Source: Amphiscolops sp. MND2022
Taxonomy: Eukaryota
Assembly: GCA_964187785.1 (NCBI GenBank)
Contig: OZ076409.1
Span: 88,414,001 to 88,478,000, forward strand
Direction of reading: 5' to 3'
DNA: 64,000 nt
Every line of letters begins with the position of its first letter. Position 1 is the first letter of the stretch. Under the pieces are notes generated by a model. That model saw only the letters and a list, made by a program, of their open reading frames with translations. It searched no databases and was not told the origin of the DNA. This document shows positions 53,001 to 62,000 of the stretch, one piece after another. The position numbers and the translations under genes were made by a program.

Positions 53001-56000
53001 ACCCACAACTTCATCAACATCACCAACAACGTCATCTACATCTCTGACTACTTCGTCAACGTCTCCCACTACCAGCCAAACAACAACTTCACCAACCACT
53101 TCTCACTCAACTTCGAGCACGACATCTCATTCAACTTCGTCAACATCACAGACTACTTCAAGTACGTCTCCAACAACATCGTCGACATCACCAACAACGT
53201 CCTCAACGTCTCAAACAACATCTTCCACATCTCAAACAACGTCGTCTACATCGCCAACAACGTCATCAACGTCACCTACAACTTCATCAACATCTCCAAC
53301 AACGTCATCTACATCTCTGACGACTTCGTCAACGTCTCCCACTACCAGCCAAACAACAACTTCACCAACCACTTCTCACTCAACTTCGAGCACGACATCT
53401 CATTCAACTTCGTCAACATCACAGACTACTTCAAGTACGTCTCCAACAACATCATCGACATCACCAACAACGTCCTCAACGTCTCAAACAACATCTTCCA
53501 CATCTCAAACAACGTCGTCTACCTCTCCAACAACGTCATCAACGTCACCTACAACTTCATCAACATCACCAACAACGTCATCTACATCTCTGACGACTTC
53601 GTCAACGTCTCCCACTACCAGCCAAACAACAACTTCACCAACCACTTCTCACTCAACTTCGAGCACGACATCTCATTCAACTTCGTCAACATCACAGACT
53701 ACTTCAACAACGTCTCCAACAACATCATCGACATCACCAACAACGTCCTCAACGTCTCAAACAACATCTTCTACTTCTCCAACAACGTCGTCTACATCTC
53801 CAACAACTTCATCAACATCACCCACAACTTCATCAACATCACCAACGACGTCATCTACATCTCTGACTACTTCGTCAACGTCTCCCACTACCAGCCAAAC
53901 AACAACTTCACCAACCACTTCTCACTCAACTTCGAGCACGACATCTCATTCAACTTCGTCAACATCACAGACTACTTCAACCACGTCTCCAACAACATCA
54001 TCGACATCACCAACAACGTCCTCAACGTCTCAAACAACATCTTCTACTTCTCCAACAACGTCGTCTACATCTCCAACAACTTCATCAACGTCACCTACAA
54101 CTTCATCAACATCTCCAACAACGTCATCTACATCTCTGACGACTTCGTCAACGTCTCCCACTACCAGCCAAACAACAACTTCACCAACCACTTCTCACTC
54201 AACTTCGAGCACGACATCTCATTCAACTTCGTCAACATCACAGACTACTTCAAGTACGTCTCCAACAACATCATCGACATCACCAACAACGTCCTCAACG
54301 TCTCAAACAACATCTTCCACATCTCAAACAACGTCGTCTACATCTCCAACAACGTCATCAACGTCACCTACAACTTCATCAACATCACCAACAACGTCAT
54401 CTACATCTCTGACGACTTCGTCAACGTCTCCCACTACCAGCCAAACAACAACTTCACCAACCACTTCTCACTCAACTTCGAGCACGACATCTCATTCAAC
54501 TTCGTCAACATCACAGACTACTTTAACCACGTCTCCAACAACATCATCGACATCGCCAACAACGTCCTCAACGTCTCAAACAACATCTTCCACATCTCAA
54601 ACAACGTCGTCTACATCTCCAACAACGTCATCAACGTCACCTACAACTTCATCAACATCACCAACAACGTCATCTACATCTCTGACTACTTCGTCAACGT
54701 CTCCCACTACCAGCCAAACAACAACTTCACCAACCACTTCTCACTCAACTTCGAGCACGACATCTCATTCAACTTCGTCAACATCACAGACTACTTCAAG
54801 TACGTCTCCAACAACATCATCGACATCACCAACAACGTCCTCAACGTCTCAAACAACATCTTCCACATCTCCAACAACGTCGTCGACATCTCTAACAACT
54901 TCATCTACATCTCCAACAACTTCTTCAACGTCACCTACAACTTCATCAACATCACCAACGACGTCATCTACATCTCTGACTACTTCGTCAACGTCTCCCA
55001 CTACCAGCCAAACAACAACTTCACCAACCACTTCTCACTCAACTTCGAGCACGACATCTCATTCAACTTCGTCAACATCACAGACTACTTCAAGTACGTC
55101 TCCAACAACATCATCGACATCACCAACAACGTCCTCAACGTCTCAAACAACATCTTCCACATCTCCAACAACGTCGTCGACATCTCTAACAACTTCATCT
55201 ACATCTCCAACAACTTCTTCAACGTCACCTACAACTTCATCAACATCACCAACAACGTCATCTACATCTCTGACGACTTCGTCAACGTCTCCCACTACCA
55301 GCCAAACAACAACTTCACCAACCACTTCTCACTCAACTTCGAGCACGACATCTCATTCAACTTCGTCAACATCACAGACTACTTCAACCACGTCTCCAAC
55401 AACATCATCGACATCACCAACAACGTCCTCAACGTCTCAAACAACATCTTCTACTTCTCCAACAACGTCGTCTACATCTCCAACAACTTCATCAACATCA
55501 CCCACAACTTCATCAACATCACCAACAACGTCATCTACATCTCTGACTACTTCGTCAACGTCTCCCACTACTAGCCAAACAACAACTTCACCAACCACTT
55601 CTCACTCAACTTCGAGCACGACATCTCATTCAACTTCGTCAACATCACAGACTACTTCAAGTACGTCTCCAACAACTTCATCGACATCACCAACAACGTC
55701 CTCAACGTCTCAAACAACATCTTCCACATCTCAAACAACGTCGTCTACATCTCCAACAACGTCATCAACGTCACCTACAACTTCATCAACATCACCAACA
55801 ACGTCATCTACATCTCTGACGACTTCGTCAACGTCTCCCACTACCAGCCAAACAACAACTTCACCAACCACTTCTCACTCAACTTCGAGCACGACATCTC
55901 ATTCAACTTCGTCAACATCACAGACTACTTCAACCACGTCTCCAACAACATCATCGACATCACCAACAACGTCCTCAACGTCTCAAACAACATCTTCTAC

Positions 56001-59000
56001 TTCTCCAACAACGTCGTCTACATCTCCAACAACTTCATCAACGTCACCAACAACATCATCTACATCTCTGACTACTTCGTCAACGTCTCCCACTACTAGC
56101 CAAACAACAACTTCACCAACCACTTCGCACTCAACTTCGAGCACGACATCTCATTCAACTTCGTCAACATCACAGACTACTTCAAGTACGTCTCCAACAA
56201 CATCATCGACATCACCAACGACGTCCTCAACGTCTCAAACAACATCTTCCACATCTCAAACAACGTCGTCTACATCTCCAACAACGTCATCAACGTCACC
56301 TACAACTTCATCAACATCACCAACAACGTCATCTACATCTCTGACGACTTCGTCAACGTCTCCCACTACCAGCCAAACAACAACTTCACCAACCACTTCT
56401 CACTCAACTTCGAGCACGACATCTCATTCAACTTCGTCAACATCACAGACTACTTCAACCACGTCTCCAACAACATCATCGACATCACCAACAACGTCCT
56501 CAACGTCTCAAACAACATCTTCTACTTCTCCAACAACGTCGTCTACATCTCCAACAACTTCATCTACATCTCCAACAACTTCATCAACGTCACCAACAAC
56601 GTCATCTACATCTCTGACTACTTCGTCAACGTCTCCCACTACTAGCCAAACAACAACTTCACCAACCACTTCTCACTCAACTTCGAGCACGACATCTCAT
56701 TCAACTTCGTCAACATCACAGACTACTTCAAGTACGTCTCCAACAACTTCATCGACATCACCAACAACGTCCTCAACGTCTCAAACAACATCTTCCTCAT
56801 CTCCAACCACGTCGTCTACATCTCCAACAACTTCATCTACATCTCCAACAACTTCATCAACGTCACCAACAACGTCATCTACATCTCTGACTACTTCGTC
56901 AACGTCTCCCACTACTAGCCAAACAACAACTTCACCAACCACTTCTCACTCAACTTCGAGCACGACATCTCATTCAACTTCGTCAAGATCACAGACTACT
57001 TCAAGTACGTCTCCAACAACTTCATCGACATCACCAACAACGTCCTCAACGTCTCAGACAACATCTTCCACATCTCCAACCACGTCGTCTACATCTCCAA
57101 CAACTTCATCTACATCTCCAACAACTTCATCAACGTCACCAACAACATCATCTACATCTCTGACTACTTCGTCAACGTCTCCCACTACTAGCCAAACAAC
57201 AACTTCACAAACCACTTCTCACTCAACTTCGAGCACGACATCTCATTCAACTTCGTCAACATCACAGACTACTTCAAGTACGTCTCCAACAACATCATCG
57301 ACATCACCAACAACGTCCTCAACGTCTCAAACAACATCTTCCACATCTCCAACAACGTCGTCGACATCTCTGACAACTTCATCTACATCTCCAACAACTT
57401 CTTCAACGTCACCTACAACTTCATCAACGTCACCAACAACGTCATCTACATCTCTGACGACTTCGTCAACGTCTCCCACTACCAGCCAAACAACAACTTC
57501 ACCAACCACTTCGCACTCAACTTCGAGCACGACATCTCATTCAACTTCGTCAACATCACAGACTACTTCAAGTACGTCTCCAACAACATCATCGACATCA
57601 CCAACAACGTCCTCAACGTCTCAAACAACATCTTCCACATCTCCAACAACGTCGTCGACATCTCTAACAACTTCATCTACATCTCCAACAACTTCTTCAA
57701 CGTCACCTACAACTTCATCAACGTCACCAACAACGTCATCTACATCTCTGACGACTTCGTCAACGTCTCCCACTACCAGCCAAACAACAACTTCACCAAC
57801 CACTTCTCACTCAACTTCGAGCACGACATCTCATTCAACTTCGTCAACATCGCAGACTACTTCAAGTACGTCTCCAACAACATCATCGACATCACCAACA
57901 ACGTCCTCAACGTCTCAAACAACATCTTCCACATCTCCAACAACGTCGTCTACATCTCCAACAACTTCATCTACATCTCCAACAACTTCATCAACGTCAC
58001 CAACAACATCATCTACATCTCTGACGACTTCGTCAACGTCTCCCACTACCAGCCAAACAACATCTTCACCAACCACTTCGCACTCAACTTCGAGCACGAC
58101 ATCTCATTCAACTTCGTCAACATCACAGACTACTTCAAGTACGTCTCCAACAACATCATCGACATCACCAACAACGTCCTCAACGTCTCAAACAACATCT
58201 TCCACATCTCAAACAACGTCGTCTACATCTCCAACAACGTCATCAACGTCACCTACAACTTCTTCAACCTCGCCAACAACATCATCTACATCTCTGACGA
58301 CTTCGTCAACGTCTCCCACTACCAGCCAAACAACAACTTCACCAACCACTTCGCACTCAACTTCAAGCACGACATCTCATTCAACTTCGTCAACATCACA
58401 GACTACTTCAAGTACGTCTCCAACAACATCATCGACATCACCAACAACGTCCTCAACGTCTCAAACAACATCTTCCACATCTCAAACAACGTCAACTACA
58501 TCTCCAACAACTTCATCAACGTCATCCACAACTTCTTCAACCTCGCCAACAACATCATCTACATCTGAAACAACATCTTCCACATCTAAAACGACGTCGT
58601 CCACATCTCCAACAACTTCGAAAACAACATCTTCCACTTCTCAAACTACGTCCGTCACTGTCATCATTACGACTTCTCCTACAACGTCTCGTACAACAAG
58701 CAGTACAAGCAGTACTACCTCGTTCGTTTCTACAACATCCTGCCCCGGTCCCCCATGCGGTGAAATTGAAACAACCTTTTCATCGAACAACACCTGCACA
58801 GATGCTGAAATGGAAGAAGCTAGTGAGTCGTGCGTCTACACTTGCGATCTCGATCGTCACATTACCGTCACTCCTGGCTGCTGTGAAGAATGTCCATCGA
58901 ACATGGTACCAAGCACCTGTGCAAACGACTGTTTCAAAACTTGCAAGCAGATTTCATATGAGAGCACCACTGTCTCGTGTCAACAGTTGGATCAGGCTGA

Positions 59001-62000
59001 CTGTGTGGTTGGATGTGCATGCGCTGAAGGCACTTTGTATGATGACCAATTGAAATCATGTGTACCAATCACCGATTGTCATTGCTATTTTGAACACCCT
59101 GAGAATGGATTGCAGGTTATTCCTCCTGGAGCGACTGTGAGATACAATTCAACAAGCTGTCCACTTTACATTGGTAATATGAGCCGTGATTCTATCATGG
59201 GCTGTGAATGGTTAGTAAAAAATTAAAAATTCCGATTCTAATTCAATAAAGAAAAAAATATTTCTTGGAAAATTAGAAACGTGATTTGCGTGCTGGCTTC
59301 TTTGAGGTATATTCTCCGAATTAGCCAATTAAAAAAATCCAAAGGAAAGACTTTTGCATATAGCTTACATTGAAAGAAAATTTTTGCGCTAATATTTCTC
59401 CGCTGTTTTTTTCAACGTCTTTTTGCCTCAGTGAAACCCATAGCTCTTTCTGAAAATTTTGTTGCCGATGTGCAATTTTCTCTTTTTGACCTCTCTTCTC
59501 TTTACAAAATTTTCTTGGAAGCAGCATTCATAATTTAATTTTATAAACACTTCAATTTATTTGTTGCTGCATTGAGCTTTGATTTTGGTATTCATTCGAC
59601 AGTGAATTTGTTTAAACTGATTTACACAAAGAGTGAAATCTGCTTGTTTTTCTAAAATCCCGTTTAAATGACGGGTCTGCTAGTCAAATTTGAAAATTAC
59701 TGAAAGTCAGAAACATTTCCAAAATCTAAAACAAGACACCTGAAACAAAAAAAGAAACCAAATATGGAACATTTAGAATTATCTCGTATTGATCGTACAA
59801 ACGTCAATCAAGTTTCAGTCATTTATTTGCGTGAAAAACTGTTATAAAGATAATCAAATTAGACTCAAATCTCACACCAAAGACATTTGCGCAATTAAAT
59901 CTGCATCATTTGATTTGTCGTTTTTAGCTCATGCAATAATGGCCGATTGGACTGCAGTACTGACTGTTGTGTGGATAGCAACAACAACCCCGTGCCAGTA
60001 AGTGCCCGCAACATTTAAATTCGCGGTTAAAGTAAATAAGCAAAAACTACTGAAACCCGTTCTGGAAATGTTTCACTTTTCAGTGGAACTCTTCAATGTT
60101 TCAGTTGAAGTTACATAATCCACAAAACTTCGAAGGCGAAAGAGAGACCAACAAAATTAAACTCAATGATTTTTGGTATCAATAAAGCAATTACTTTTAT
60201 AAGACCGGTGAAAAGGCTGCACGGTCAATTTCAGAGGTGAAGGTTTATAAAAACAGTCTAAAAATAGGTGCCTGATATTCTGCAAAAACTGATTTATTAG
60301 CAACTAAGTCACTATTCAAATATCGCATGCATCTCAACATCGATGGTGTGTATAAATCTTCAACTTCTTCAAAAGATATGATATGAGCCGCGGAGGCAAC
60401 ATAACTGTTATGAATCGTCTAAATTTTAGGTTGGCGAAAGATGGGTTGATCCTGACGATCGGTGTATGCGCAACTATTGCTGCAAGCAGAATGATACTTT
60501 CGCAATCTGTCGTGAGAAGTACGAAGATCGTCTGTGCCCCAGCATCGAGAGAGCCTGTGCTGTTAGTTTTCAAATATCGTACCCCATGTTAATCTAGCAG
60601 CAACTATTCAACCTGTCTGAGAATCAACATTTGACCACCCGTAATGGGTTGCTTCACGAAGTATGCAAACTTACAAAAAGCTAATCGAAGCACATTTTTA
60701 TTTATCATTGTTTTTTTTACCTTGAAACGTGAAAATCCTATCCTTATTTTGTCATGAGAATTTTTTTTCTAAAAAAGGAACGTAAGTCTGTAAGAAAATA
60801 AAATTAGATGAAATGTTATGCGGTATTGAACAAAATTGGATGAAAGCTTTTTTCCAGCGACTCGGATTGCCAATACTACCCGAAAAAGGATACCTCCCTA
60901 ATACATGTTGCTACGGCTGCCAGAAGAACGAGACTCAAGGAACAGGGTATACTTCTTTGACAACTTCACTCACAACTTCAAGCACAACTTCAAGCACAAC
61001 AACATCTACAACTTCACCAACTACATCATCAACATCACTCACTACGTCATCAACATCACTCACAACGTCATCAACATCACCAACTACATCATCAACATCA
61101 CCTACTACGTCATCAACGTCACCTACTACGTCATCAACATCACCAACTACGTCATCTACCTCACCAACTACATCATCAACTTCACCAACTACTTCATCAA
61201 CATCACCAACTACATCATCGACATCACCAACTACATCATCAACATCTCCAACTACATCATCAACATCTCCAACTACATCATCTACGTCACCAACTACATC
61301 ATCTACGTCACCAACTACATCATCGACATCACCAACAACGTCATCTACATCTCTGACGACTTCGTCAACGTCTCCCACAACTAGTCAAACAACAACTTCA
61401 CCAACCACTTCTCACTCAACGTCGAGCACGACATCTCATTCAACTTCGTCAACATCACAGACAACTTCAAGTACGTCTCAAACAACATCTTCCACATCTC
61501 AAACAACGTCGTCTACATCACCAACTACTTCATCAACATCACCAACTACATCATCAACATCACCAACTACATCATCAACATCTCCAACTACATCGTCTAC
61601 GTCACCAACTACATCATCTACGTCACCAACTACATCGTCGACATCAGAAACAACTTCGTCTACGACATCTTCACCAACTACATCATCAACATCCAAAACT
61701 ACATCATCAACATCACCAACTACATCATCTACATCCCGAACTACATCATCAACATCATCTACTACATCATCGACATCACCAACTACATCATCTACATCAC
61801 CAACTACATCATCTACGTCACCAACTACATCGTCGACATCACCAACAACGTCATCTACATCTCTGACGACTTCGTCAACGTCTCCCACAACTAGTCAAAC
61901 AACAACTTCACCAACCACTTCTCACTCAACGTCGAGCACGACATCTCATTCAACTTCGTCAACATCACAGACTACTTCAAGTACGTCTCCAACAACATCA